Of a stretch of 64,000 bases of DNA, positions 14,201-28,693 are shown in pieces; position 1 is the stretch's first letter, and every line of letters begins with the position of its first letter. Origin of the DNA: the human T2T-CHM13v2.0 reference genome, Homo sapiens; assembly GCF_009914755.1 (NCBI RefSeq), contig NC_060940.1, one strand, 5' to 3'. A program made the position numbers and the translations under genes. The notes under the pieces are model-generated. The model did no database searches and was not told where the DNA came from. It saw only the letters and a program-made list of their open reading frames with translations.

Positions 14201-17200
14201 TCTGAATGGCACTGTGACATGTTGAGTAAAGATAGAAAGAAACATCTTGCAGGAACCACACACCAGCCCAGCCTCCTACCAATACTTGAGAAAATAAAAT
14301 TTCTCAGCAACAGCGATGGCATGTTTTTTTTATTACTAATATTACCCCTCTCAAACAAAATAGGACGAAAACAAATAAAAAGAAACCCTTCCTTATTATT
14401 TCCCCCCTCTCTTGAACAGAGTGACATTTCACCACGCCTCTGTCAAACCTCCCACTCTCAGGCAGAGACCAAGTTGCACCCTGTATTTTTCTTCCAGGGT
14501 CAGGACCAAAACACTCCAACACTAACCGTATCAGCCTGATTTGAGAACTGGGTCTATTATGGGGCCACAGATCTGCAGGGATGGTTTGTAGCACAGGTCA
14601 TGTGCTATTTCATGACCATAGCCTTTGTTGCCCTTAGACTAGGGTCTTGTCAGGATGCTACCAAGTGATCAAAGATCAGAGCAAACAGATGGAACAGTCT
14701 AAATAACACGGTTCCCCCAAACTGCACATGCTGACTAGAATGCCTAGGACACATCAATGAACAACTTTATCACTGACAAATAAGATGAGGAGAGGCTGAA
14801 AGCAGAAGTTCTGGAAGTTCTGATTCTGTGGTTCCGCTGGATTAGAAAAACATCGAAGATGCAGAGACAGTACCTCGGGGGAAAGAATGGGATGCCAGGG
14901 GGCTTCGAAGGTCTGATGAGTCTCCAGACGCTGCTTGGAGGGAGAACAGCTGGGATCCCTCAGACCTGGGCAGCTGAGTGGCCCCAGCTCCACGGCTTAG
15001 AGAAATCCTGGCCCCATCACAAATTCTTTCTCCTCCCCTACTGTGACAGATGCAGCCTCAAACCTCCGAACCTGCTTGGTAAAGCTCATGTAGCCTGTGC
15101 ACTTTTCATTTTCATTCTACTAGGTAATGGTGAGAAACTGTTCCAGGCTTTAAAAGGAGAAAAAAAAAATAGAAGAAAAATTTTAAAATAAGAAGTCTGG
15201 AGAAAACCAATACCAAATAAACAAAATAGCCTTTGAGCGTTGGGAGAGAACTTCAAGTATGTGCTACCCACTGGAGCAAAGAATGAGAAAGCAGTTCTTA
15301 GTTTGGGTCAAATAGGTCAACACGGGTAAAGGAATTTCTGATCTCTCTTGGCTACCCTTACTGCTGAGAGAAGAGAGATGCCAAGCATCTCTTCCAGCAG
15401 ACTCACACGCCTTCTAAAATGCAGTGCTTGATTTCAACACTATTAAATGTACAGTAAGCACCTTAAGTTTTTTTAAAAGAATTCTAATCACTCCATTAAA
15501 AAGAGGAGAGAGAAGAGGAAAAGAAGTAATGAAAGTTAAACAGAAAATTCCATTCTGCTATTCAGAATGTTCAGCCCAGTAAGAGACCCTCATGTTCGCT
15601 TTCTCCCCCATTTCCTGTTCATCAGGAATGAACCTCATTTTAAAATATAAACAAGCCAGAGGCACACCACAGCAGTATAGACTCAGCCCTTTAATTAACT
15701 ACCACCGGCAACAAAAGGTCTCTATTTTGATTAACTTTGCAGAGGGGGGAGTCAACCCTGGCGTTAGAATCCCTTTAAATAATTACAAACCCCAACTCAA
15801 CTCTGCTGCTGGCAGCACCCAGGAGCCAGGGAAGAAGAAAAGAAACTTTGTCTGTGGAACCCAATTTAAAGGAAGAGCGACCTCAGGGTCAATTTCTCGG
15901 AGCATTTCAGATCAATTCAATTCTCACCTCTACTGCCTACCTGCTAGCAAATGAACTTACTGTGCTTTTCAATAGACTGAGAGGACTAAAAAGAAATCGT
16001 CACCACTGCATGTGAAAAAAACACATTATTAGATGATGCTTGCCGAGGGAAAACACAATCCTACCGACAAAAATCTGCCTTCACCTCTCTTTTTGGACTG
16101 TCAGGCTCACCGTACTGATGATTAAGTTGTACAATGCACCCCTGGATTGTTAATTACGTGTTAATGTCATTCCGCAGGCTTACACCTGAGGTCACTGCTC
16201 GGTGGCCACCTTGTCTCTATTGACAATACCTGTAAATCTCTCAGCTGGTTGGATTTTCCCACTGAGTACCTGACACTATGTCCTTCCATTTGGTATTAGT
16301 TCCTATGTGAAATTTTATAAGTGCTAATAATTTTACTGTATTTCCTATAGATACAGAAAACAGAGGCGTGCTGAATTTTCCCACTGTCTTACTGTTGTCC
16401 TGCCATTTTCCTAAGAGTGCAAAATAGAGACCGAAAACAAACCCACAAAACTCAACCCTGCTGCTTTAGCTCATTTATTGCTGATAATTTCATTAGGTGT
16501 CAGGAGAAGCCAAAACTGCAGACACAAAACAACAACTTTACAGTAATTTTTGGATGGAGGAAATAAAAGATTCAGCAAGCAGCAGGTGAAGGGAGTTTAA
16601 ACATTGGCATCTGTGAACGGCGGCAGTAAATCGGAGATTTTGGCAGGTGACTGAACGTGTGCTTTTAGAATGAAAGCTCTACAGAAGCATCATTTTGTTT
16701 TAAGTAAGTAATGAGTGCTGCACTTTTGCAGAAATTCCTTCGTTTTATTTTTTATTTCTAAATGCTTAATGTTTCTTTAAGTTGGCTCCTTCAATAGTAC
16801 CCCAGAGTTGACTGAAAATAATACACGTTTATATGGCATAATTAGGCTAGTTACGCTGCACATGCTCTGCTATAATTAATTGATTAAATCGGCTCAGTAG
16901 TGGGCCAGTGCCCACAGAAAGAAAAACGTTAGCCAGGCTGTATGGAAAGGGGGTGATGTGGTAGTTAGGGAGGAGTATAATCCAAATAAGCAACAATAAC
17001 AAAAAAACAATTTAGGGTAAATCCAAATAATAAAATGCTTTAAATGAAATTGTTTGGCCTTATTTTCTCAGTGCCAACAGATATATTGATGTAATTAGCT
17101 TAAGACATACTCGTCGAATTTGGGATAGATGGGTCTCTGCTCCAAATCTACAGCAGAGAGCATTCTCCTTCCCTTCTTGTGGGTGGGGGATTTACTCTTA

Positions 17201-20200
17201 AAACCGAATATTTAGAAGCCCTGGGGGGCCTTCAGTGAAGATGGGGTCAAGACCAGCCACCTGGATTTTTCAAATAGAGGCACCAAGAAATCAGAACTCA
17301 CAGTGTTGGTTTTCACATGTCTTTTGTATGGCACCACGTGGTTCACCATTTCTGTTAAAATATGTTGATGGGTTCTGCAAGGGAAATTTGGTTATGGCTT
17401 CTTTACTTTTACATTTGAAAGAAGTAGCTATACACGTTGCGCTAAGACACCCACACCAACACTCAGCATCAGGAAACCACATTTGCATTTTATTTCTGGA
17501 TGATTACGGGCAACACAGAAGGACAGGCGTGCAAGATAGAAACAAGATTTCTGAGTACTTTTTACTGTTTTTGTTTTGCTTTGTTTTTCCCCAGTTCACA
17601 AAATCATAAAGCCTTCCTTACGTTTGACAACTGTTTGAATTCATGTCATCGGATTAGGTGTAATCAGGGTAAACGATGTCCACTCCATCTGCCGATTGTA
17701 AGACTAGAAAAAAAATATCGATGGGTACTTAAGGCCCAGGAAGTGCTGTTTATACCAGTTCCATCAGTTTCTCCCTTAGGTGACAGGAAAGCTACAAATG
17801 GGCCTCTCCCCTAGGTAAGTAAGTGTCCCACCTGCCCTGCCCTGAGACAACTCTGTAAGGTCTGGTTGCATCCGGATGGGTCTTAGCCAGTGTCAGGAAT
17901 ATCTGAAAGGGGCAGAGCTTAGACATGAGCACGCTAAGGTCCATCCCCACGTTCTGATCGGTCTTTCAGCGCATAACATGCAAGAACATGTTTTGAACGC
18001 CAACTCTCCACTTTGGTGCAAACCACAGTTAGTTGTGTTGTCTCCTTGTCACAACTCAAGATAGAAGACAGCCTCAAAGGGAGATTCAAAAGCCACCTTT
18101 AGCGCGAGGTTAAAACATCATCATCATCATGTGTTTCCCTGGCAAAGATGGTACCATGGAAAAATTTACATCAAGTAGCCAAATCGGGTGAAAGGCATAC
18201 AAGGAGTGTGCAGTTGTTGTCTATGTTAATCTTCATGTTAGAAGCCCTATTTTAAGAAGGCACAGTCTTGGCGCAGCATGCATGTTGGTTGATGTGCGTA
18301 TGTTAAGCTGTAACATGCCCTAATGAAAAATGTTAGTCAGGATCAAGGGATGCTACTGAAATAGAGATTTTAATCTTTTTGAGATACCACTTGGGATGAA
18401 TATTTTGTAATATGTCCAAGAACCATAATATAATCTAGAATGCTTCTGAGACTACATAAAAGGTAATTAAATGACTCCCCAAATAGCTTATGATTTAGTT
18501 TTTATATCCTAGCCTAGAAAATTGTCAGAAATAAGCCATGAAGCTGTACATGGTTGAAATTAGCCAGAGAGCAGAAAAGCTAGTGGTTCATCAGTTTTGG
18601 CTTCCATGACTGAAATCCCTTAACCAAAGTGACATTCTGAAAATAAACTAAGTAACTCCCCCAAGAGTACCAAGTATTGAACTTTTCATATATCAGCTTA
18701 TAATATCTAATATCACGGAGTAACTTCAAGGAATTGTCCTTCTCCTCCCCAGATTCCCCATCTGACCAAATGCCTTTCTCTTCCTTGCTCTCACCTGTCA
18801 ATCATGTTCACAGCTGAAATTTGATTTCTTTCCCACCAGTAACCTTATATGAAATATTACCAGGGGGTAAGGACCAGTGTGAACCTTGCCTTTCAAGTTC
18901 ATTAACTCTTTGCTGAAAATGGATGGTTTCAATGTCACGAAACCTGCCAGTGGACCTAGATCATCATATTTAATAGGAGGTTTTCACATTGTAATGATAA
19001 AGGCTGAGACAATAAAGGAATAAAGCATCGGAACTGCATGCACAGACTCAGACACACAAATTAACCCCAAATGTATACACTGAGTTTAAAACTATGTATG
19101 GGAGCTATTAAAGAAAACATTAATTTCATCCAAGACTAGAAAATAAACAACAAAATATTCACAATCCAGTAATTTAAAGTAAGACTCTCATGGTAGCACC
19201 GTGTAGAAGTAAGTAATCAGATACTATTTTTAAAAAGTGGGAAAAAATGAGGCTATGTTTTTCCAACACTCTCAACTCACTGGATCCTTAACGTACCTCC
19301 TTTGCAAAGAGCAGCAATTTGAAAGTGTGATTTTTGCCCCCCTCAGTTTCACTAAAAACCAAAAAATATATTTCATGCAAATTTCTCAGCAAGCACAATT
19401 TTTAATTAAAAAAATCAAATGTACCATTAGCCAATAAGAGGTGATAAGAATACATAAAACTATCACACTAAGTAATTATTGGTGTAAGAATGTTGGTCTA
19501 GTTTTCCAAATGAAGAGGGTTCATAATAAAATTCATGCTGGGACACTTGTAATTGAAAACCCATTTAAATAGCTCAATTCCATTATTTTAATAGATGAAA
19601 ATCAGGTTTCTGCTTCCCACCCATCTCCTCCTTCCCCTTCTTCCTTGTATTGAAGTGGGGAGGGGATCCATAGTCACATTTGGACGCAGAAGTGGGGACA
19701 CACTGTGCTTTGAAATTACACTAAAATGTCCAAATGTAAGCAAGAACTGAATTATAAGTGACTGTAAATTTGAAATGTTTATGAGGCCCCGGTAAAACCG
19801 GCCAAGGGCGATGGATACTAGTTTCACAGATTCACCCAAATTATCTGACACTCAAGTAGAAGAAGCAGCTCTTTGAATGTCAGTAGACTCACGTTGGATA
19901 AAGCTGAAGATCTGAGATCTACTCAAACTGGATTAGTAACTTGACATAACACATGGATATAATGAAATAAACACAGAAAAAATAAATGCATGCTGATTCT
20001 CACATATATCGCACGTATCCCTCCTCTTTGGCACCTAGTGTCACCATTTACATGACACGTGAAACCCAAATACTAAAACTAATGAAACAGGAACTTTTCA
20101 CACCTAAAAAGTTAGCAGCATTCCTTGTTTGCTTCCTTGCTTTTCCCTTCATTTAAAAAAACAAAGAAAAGGAAAAAAAAAAACTCAAGCACATGCAAAT

Positions 20201-20245
20201 CAAAAATCAAGATGTACCTCTTTGACTTCAGGCAACTGGATTTTT

Positions 20246-20279
20246 TCACATCACTGATGTAGAGGATTCCCTTGGGTAC
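20246..20279 (-). CDS. MAF: Distal alternative terminal coding exon of MAF (C-terminus ...FFM-YPRESSTSVM*, 383-aa isoform)
   Basis: Minus strand ...tttgtttattttaatatatttactaaatcAG|G TAC CCA AGG GAA TCC TCT ACA TCA GTG ATG TGA. Phase matches the donor after AT at 33122. The tail resembles the YPR(D/E)SST(S/T)VM tail I recall for mouse/chicken long c-Maf. Confidence 0.8.
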
Positions 20280-22764
20280 CTGATTTAGTAAATATATTAA
20301 AATAAACAAAGGGTAATTAATAACCACGAAGAATGTTTCAAGAACAGTATGCTACAGGCAGCCTAACTATCTATCAAAAGGGCAGAATTACACCAAAAGA
20401 AGAGTGATTTTGTTCCATTTGCTTTTGGGTGGTGGCCTCAACCCTGTCAAGCCAGAGGAGGGGTTGACGTGGAAGGGAATGGCCTGCGTTACAAGTTCAC
20501 TCCCTCTGAACTACTGTTTCTCAACTGAGAGGCTGAGATAGCCATAACCCACTGGTTGGCAGCCTGGATCAGCTTTGAAGCTGTCCTGAGTTCAAAGGGA
20601 GCCAAGAGATTCTGGGTTCATAGAAGGGAAGGATTTGAATCATTTCTGTTGGGCTTCTCTCAAGGACTCTCAGGCTGTCCGCCCCTGGGAGAACCACACT
20701 GGCCCAGCTTCTGCCGGTGTGTGCTAGGGTTCCTTCTCTTCCATCTGCCCCCACCTCCCCTGTTGCTTTGTCTATCCTGCTGGCACCACTGACCTTAACT
20801 GCAAATGTTCTTTTAACAAATAGAACAGCTTAGATACTGCCTCTTTATTTGTTAACTTCTGCCCTGTTTAAATTAGTACCAGGGAGTGCTTAGAACGGTG
20901 ATATGAAAATGAGGTTGCTTTAAAGAAAATCTTTTTGCTTCACAGTGAATAACAAAGCACAGTAATTCAAAGTAGTTAGCTTTCTATGGTTCAAAAAACG
21001 CTTATTGCTATTAGCTGTACTAATGTAAGTGGCAAAATAATTATCATTTACTGTACAGAGTCCAATATTTTCCAGACAGCAGTTTAATAACAAAGCAGAC
21101 CTGTCATTTCTTCCTATAGCTAGTCACAATATAGAAGTTCGGACTGTCAAAATATATTTAAAATCTAATTTAAAAAATTCAACATGGTCACAGAAAATCT
21201 GTGTACAATAACGGCGATAAACTAGTAAGTCAATCTAATTCTTTTTCCAACATGGATATTCAGTTATTTTTCTTTAATCCCCCACACTTTTATTTGGATT
21301 ACCTTACAATTGGTGCGAACAAATATGAGCTATGCTCATGCACCTGCTGAATTCTCTAGGCTGCTGTAACAGAACATATAATCTTTCTTTACTTACATTT
21401 TCATTCCACATAACCCTCTAATTCCTTCAAATGCCCTTTATCTAAATGGTAAGACTATGCCCACAGCACTCGGATAAATCATTTCTTACCCTTGTATATG
21501 TCAAAGTTGCCCTAAACACGTTATATGCGTTTATTCACATTTTGTATAGAAATGCTTTTCAAATCTTAAGGTAGAAACTACTCGCCTTTACGTATTAGTA
21601 TACATTTTTTTTTGCCAAATATATAATTTCTATGCAAAAAATAATAGGAAAGAAACAAGAAACAGACTGAAGTGATAAAACCTGGAAGTGTATCAGTATC
21701 AGTTGTTCTCCATTTGAAGTTCAGATGGCTAATCTCTTTAAAAAAAAACTTCCCCGATAGGATTACTTTTTTTTTAATCTTTAGAAACAACAGAGTCTTT
21801 TAGAAACGCCAGTGAATAGAGTTTAAAAGCTTAAGAGATTGTGGGGAGAATATTTTTGTAATTCCTTGGGGACGTTGCAAACATATGTTAAGCTTCGGCA
21901 AGGAATATTTACATGAGATCATATACTTGTGAGGCATTTTTCAATTTTAGAAAATTATTACAGAGCAATAATTGGACGTAGGCTTTGCAAAATGCCCCCT
22001 TTGCCTTCCTGACCATATCATTGATAGTCTCCGTTATTTTTGGAGGAAAAAAAACAGGCCTCATTAAATGCGATATTTGGCATCTTGCCTGAAATCTCAT
22101 AAAGTAGATGTCCTTTTTAGATCATTGGTGTCATTTTCTTCAAGATGACCTCTACTCTCTGGCCATCTGGGGAAACCACCCTGTTATCAAAGCATTTACT
22201 TTCAAAAGGGGGGGGGGGTAGATACTATTTGCACACCTGAATAGCGTCCAAAAGCCATTGCAGTTTCTGTGTTCATATTACCTTCTTTCAGACCACTTAC
22301 TGGGGAAAGATGGTGGGGGAAAAGGAGGTCTCACATCGGGGTAAGAGAGATTTTCGAGCTGGGCCGCAGTGAAGTAATCTAAGCCACATGTCTACGAGCA
22401 CATAGCTCTTACACTTGGATCTGTTTACCTAACAATTGAAGAGTTCTTTAAATAGTACAGGAGCATGCACTGATATTCCAGGGAAGATTTTAAAAGGGCT
22501 CATTACCTGCACAGTGCAGTAAATTTACATGGGGATCGCAACCTGAAAACGTGTTGCAGGCTGTCAGCATGTGTCTCCACACTGCTCCGAGTCACAGAAA
22601 GTCTGGCAAAGGGAGCTTACCTGCCTTTTACGTGGGAAGATTGCCCTAAGACAGCAGTTTCAGCCCAGGCTCTGCGCATGTCTACCAAAGGACAGAGTTG
22701 ACTGATGAAGTCTGCCTTTCGGATCATTTTTATTTCATAAAGTGGGAACTGTAGATTTTTCTCT

Positions 22765-23129
<365 letters not shown>

Positions 23130-23919
23130 TAATGTGTTAAAGGGTCCCAGGAAAAAATAAATGAATAAATAAATAAATAAATTTTTTAAGCCAGATGAAA
23201 AAATATATTGGAGTGAATGCCTGAAGATGGAAAGACACAAACATCACCTTTTAACAGATAAAATCTTAGAAAGATTACCGAGGGTTTTTCCGCCTTCTAT
23301 GAAAAACAAGATTTACATAAAAAATCTGACAGTGTAAAAAGCATCTCAGATACTGACATGTTTGTTTTAGTTTCAATGTATCTATCTGTGCATGAATAAA
23401 TCCTTCCCTAAGAGAGAGGGAGAGAGTAAAAAGTAGATTTTTTTTAAGGTGTAACGATACTTGCCTAACTTAAGTATTCTCACAAACCGAGGGTCCCTCT
23501 AAGAAAAAGGCCCCTCATGGAAAAGATGCTTTCTGAAATTAGTGGTTTTAAAAGTCTGTCCTCTTGAGACAGTTCCTGGATGCCTGAGATGTGTCTAGAA
23601 CTGTATGAAATCCAAGAATGCAGGCAGGACCCTCATCCTGGCGCTGTTGGAGCAATCCTCATAAAGTTTGCTTGACTGACTTTGTTTTATAATGTGCATC
23701 AAACTACACCACGGAAACCCCAAACCGTATCGAGATTTCCATAAAGATTTTTAAACATGCTATCTGGATTTCCCGCTTGCCTTTCTCTTTTTCCCTCTTA
23801 CTCTGTCTCTAACCGAAGCAGGAAAAAAAAAGAAAAAAGAAAAAAAATCTGGAAAATGGGCCGGAAAACTAATAGAAGAAAAATCAAATGATCTGGAGCC
23901 GATGATCTTATTTACAGAG

Positions 23920-24480
23920 GGTTCCTGGGGCCGCGATCGGGTGGAGTGAGGGGGTCTCAAGGTGAAGGGCGGAGCCTTGCGGGACCGAGTCTTGCTCCCT
24001 CCCTCCAGGCGCCCGCCCACCCAGGAGAGCGGCGCACCGGGGAGTTTTGATATCCCCCGGAGCTCGCTCGCGCTAGGGCAGTCCTTTTGACTTTTTAAAC
24101 CAAATTTGAACACAATCCGAGCTCCTGCAGGGGTGCGGGAGCTTGGGTGGGCGCGGGGCCCTGGGGCGCGCTGGGTGTGGCCGTCATTAGCGCCCCCGGG
24201 CGCCGGGCGGCGTCGTGGGCATCTCCGAGGGGCGCTGCGTTGCTGGCGTCTGAGCGCACCGGCTCCCTGGGCACTGCCGCGGGTCTGGGACTGCAGGCCC
24301 GGCCCAGGACTGAGGGACTCGGTAGCTTCAGGCAATCTTCGGGACCCGCCCCCTCTGTCTGGGCTCCAGTCCCTGCGCACCTACTGTACGCCCCTCGGGG
24401 GACCTCAGAGGGTGGGGAGCACACCCAGCCCCACGCAGCTGCAGCCACCAGGCTCGGGCAGTGATGTCCAGGGCTATTGG
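23920..24480. promoter_or_regulatory. Orphan CpG island downstream of the MAF proximal 3' ends
   Basis: Sharp GC/CpG-rich block in AT-rich surroundings; GC boxes (gggcgg, ccgccc); CTCF-like motifs. Confidence 0.8.
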
Positions 24481-27400
24481 GCCCCGCAGAACCCATGCAT
24501 AAAGGACTGGGATGCGGTGTTCCTGTCCCGGGCCAGGTTGGCGGAGGGGGGGATGATGGGGGGGCATGGAGGGAGGGTTGTTCTTAGAAAATGGGAGAGG
24601 GGACAAACTCAGCATCCTCTCTGCCTACATCTCCTTCATTCCAGGCTTCAAGACCATTGCACCAAAAGCTCTGGCCAGCTTTAAAGATTCCAGCTGAGCT
24701 TCCAGTGATGCTCCCCGGACCCTCTGCATAGCGCTGTCTGTGTCTACACTTAAAGTGGGGCGGAGGTGACTTATTGGGTCCCAGATCTCAGCTTCTGCCA
24801 CTTGTTGGCCTGAGGACAGTGACTTTTGAGGCTCTTTCATGGCCCTGGATGACCAGGCATGGAAGGAAAAGGTGTCAGAAATTATGGAGAGGACACTGGG
24901 ATTGGACAGGAGTCAGGTGGGAAGGGTGCAGACCCTGGTGCTAAGGACGTCACTGTTGTTTCTAGGACTCTGTGGAGAGCTCACAACCTGTCAGCGGCTT
25001 GTCAGTCACCCTGCAAACAGATCCTTCTTGGTGGGAGGTTTTGGGGGGACTCTGAGAATGACCTGGAGCTGACCCCTGGTGACTGGAGGTCATAAGCCAA
25101 GGTTGGCCTGTGTTAAAGTCTGGGCCATACTCTCCCAGCCTCTGCAGGCAGGTCCCTTCCTCTCCTCTGCTCTCTGGGCCTAGTTTGGGGTTGCCTATTG
25201 TCCTGGGATCCTCGGCCTGCTTTCCTTCTGCAGAATTCCTCCAACAAAAGTCAGAAACGCACTTCTACAGGCCTCAAGAAGTGGATGAGGTCATATAGAG
25301 AACCAGGGCAACTATAGGTTGCAAAAAGGGACTCTGAACTCCTGACCTAATTTTTCAGGCCAGTGTTCCCTTTACAACAATCCTTGTTGGGGATTCTGGA
25401 AGGAGAGTGATTTTCTCTCCTTCCTATCCAGTTCTATAAGGTTTCATCGCTTCTCCTGTTCCCTAACGGAAAGGACCAACCACAAGGAAAAAATAGTTCT
25501 TTGGAATCTCAGCTTGGAAACGGTCAAGGCTGGTAATCAGAATATTTAGAATAGAGAAATTCAGAATGCGAATCACTGGTCTGCAGCTCACACCAAGGCC
25601 TGGGTTGAGGGGTGAGGGGCAGGTTGAGGAGTGCAGGGGAAAATACAGAAAACTCCTTCCTCTCCTTCCACTCTTTTTCCCAAAGCTCAGCAGACACGAC
25701 TCCTTCATCCTCCTTTCTTGAATTAATGCTCCTTCTAATTGTAACTAAAGATCTAAGGTGCATCTCTGTAGAAGAGAGGAATGTGATTTTGCAATCCACA
25801 GTTCTAATTATAGGGAAAACTGTTATTTAGTAAAAAGGAAGGAAAAGGAAACGAATTGTGTTGAACAAGAGAAGAGGTGCTCAATAGAGGCTACGATTTG
25901 TGTAAGGAACTGTGCATTCCAGTCATAGTCGTGGAAAATGTGTTTTATGAGTTTCTTAAAACTGTACGACTCTGATGAAAATTCATAGAAAGATCTTATT
26001 TCTGTGCGTCGTTGGTTTGCTCTTCCCATCTCAGCCTTTTTCCTTCGGGCAGACTTACGGAAAACACACAGAGGGCCTTCGAATTTAAACAATAAAATAC
26101 TGTCACGATGTCATAAAACTATTGCAGTGACCATTTAAATATTGGTACAACATGTCTGGCTGGTCCAAAATGTCACCATTATGAATCACAGACTGATACA
26201 TTTATAAATATACTCAAATGTTAAGACATTAACGATTTCCTCAAATCTCTCCATTTGGGTTTAGTCCCCAAAATTGTTTTCAAAAAGGAAACATGTGAAC
26301 ATATTTTAAAGAAATGGACAGCCGAGCCTAGTTTACTTCTGGCATACATGCACACTAGGTCTGACGTTAGCCACGGAGCAAGTGAAATTCAGACTGGTAA
26401 CAGGGATTATTTCTGGGCCTCCCGCTTTTAAAGTTCCCCTTTCTCTTGTTTCCCTCATTTCTCACCTCCTACAAATGGTGCAGGGAACAGGGAGCCCGAG
26501 ATTTTATTTGCTACGCCTTCATGCAAAGCAATTTGATTTGTTTGTTTAGTTTTGTTTTGTTTCTCTCTAAAGGGTAAAGATGCTCCCAATTTGTGGCAGG
26601 ACTGTGTTTCTTTATGCCCTAACAATCATGAGACAGCCTGGGAGACTGAAATTCTCTCACCCTGTCCCCTACCCCCGCTAGGGAAAAAAATGCTAGACAG
26701 AGCTGGGTTTGTTCAGGAGCTGGGGCGGAGCAATGCCTGGAGAGAATTCCCCTTTTCTGGGGCTGTTTGATGTCTGAATTTTGAAGATTTACATCAAAAG
26801 CGAGAAAAGCAGTGTTATGGCAAGTTGGGTTAAGACTCTTGCTCCGCTTTTAAGCAAATGCTTCAAAACAAACAAATCCTGATTGAGGTGGCTGGACCTG
26901 GACCACCTCCTTTATAACTACTACATGGCCTGCCTGGACCTGGGACATCTTCTTTTAGATTTAGGATGGGCTAAGAGTGAAACAAACTTCCAAGTTTCTC
27001 TTATTTTCCTCAGAACAACAAGGAAGGCACAGGACCAAATTATTCATTCAGCATCCTGACAAATAATCAGCGGAGATAAAAATTGTAGCCTATCACTGCA
27101 GATAAAACTTCTCTAAAAAAAACCAAACAAACAAAATAAAAGAACTAAGACATTTCTTCAAAGAGACGGACAAAATTATTTTTCAAAAATCAAATGACAG
27201 TGAATCGTAGTGGGGAACCTTGCAAATCAGCAAAGTGAAGCTGGTAAATCTCACTTCCTATTCCCTCTTAGTGAATGTTTATATTAGCAGCGCTAAGAAG
27301 AGCTTGGTTGTGTGTTTTACCGGCATGGAAATCAGACGGCTGAAGGTTGTCACTCATGTACTCCTGTATTTTAGTCTTCCAACCTATCTCAGTCTTTAAC

Positions 27401-28687
27401 TACCGGCAGCCAAAACAGAAAAAAACAAACAAACAAAAAACAAAAAGAGAGAGAGAGAGACTTATGTGGCAATCAGACTTTTAAATATATTGATTGGCCT
27501 AGTATACTGGAGGAGTGTATTTCGTAAAGCCAAGAGTATGTGAATACGGAAGTAAGTTGGCCTAAACGAAAACAACGGCCACAGCAGCAAAAGCCTCCCA
27601 ATGTACTGTGCTTGGGAACCTTTGAACGTGTCATAGGCAACTCTAGATATTTAGACCAGGACATGCTGGGAATGCAGCTACCGAGACAGCTGTGTGCCAT
27701 GTTTGTGAGGGTGACCATGATCTGTCTTCTGTCCACTGCTTTTAGCAGGAAAACTGGCAGTGTGGCAAGGGGGTGGTTCTACTTCAGAACAGAAGTATCT
27801 AGAATTGGTGTTGCTAAGTAAAAATGACTGGGGTAAAGGCACAAGGGAGAAAAGATCAGAGCGTGAGCATCCTGCATTCAGTAATAAACAGCATTTCCCA
27901 TCGGAGGGGTCTGTGTTGAAAGACTCCCAGGTAGTTATGGCTTTGAGACAGTGAGGAAATGATGTCTCCGTAGCAGATTTATTTGCCAGGCAAAAGTAGA
28001 ATGTCTGCCTATTTGATGTCAATATATTAATGTGTCAGATACATTGTAAAAAATTATTACATGGTTTTTGAAAAGGGAAACATGCAAGAAGCCAGGGAAA
28101 TGTAAAGGAGGTGATTTTCTTTTTTTGAGTGGGAGCAAAAAAGAAAAGGGAGCAAAAAATCACACAGAGGGTGTGTATTTAACTAACTTTGTATTTTGCC
28201 ACACATTGTTTTCATTTACAGCTATGTCTGACAAATGAGCACGTTTGACATCACTGATAAATGCAACACCGTCTAGGGCCTACGAGAAAACCAGGGGGCT
28301 CGGCTCCGCTGGAGCCTCTGCCCGTGGATTTGTTTAGGGAAGGGGAGTCGAATATCTATTTTTCTTCTTAGTAAAATTATCTGCCAGAGAAACAATGAAG
28401 CATGAAAAAGTACTATTTAGAATGTGCATGCCTATATATGATTTTAAAATGCTAATTGTTGCATTCCGGGAAACTTTCCATTATATATATGCATATATAT
28501 GTATCTTTGTAATTTCAGTGAATTTTTAAAACTAGTATGGCAGGTTGAAAGCAATGCACCTGTTTACTTGCACACACCATAAATCGAAAAGCAGGAGTGC
28601 GCTTTCCTACGGGTCTCTACGAAACCCCCAGACAAGAGGCATAGTTAACTACTACATTTAATAGCCTTCTTCTCTAACACAGTAATT

Positions 28688-28693
28688 TTTATT
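28688..28693 (-). terminator. MAF: AATAAA polyadenylation signal for the spliced 403-aa isoform
   Basis: tttatt on + strand, ~100 nt after the exon-2 stop; predicts a ~2.15-kb spliced mRNA. Confidence 0.65.

Noticed and set aside
14086-14594. Overlapping 96-143 aa ORFs on both strands
   Set aside because: No homology or exon structure recognisable; lengths compatible with chance
23760-24684. Overlapping 95-206 aa ORFs in the downstream CpG island
   Set aside because: Low-complexity Arg/Gly/Pro/Ala ORFs on both strands, as expected from stop-codon depletion in GC-rich DNA
28483-28500. 18-bp palindrome ATATATATGCATATATAT
   Set aside because: Trivial consequence of a (TA)n repeat
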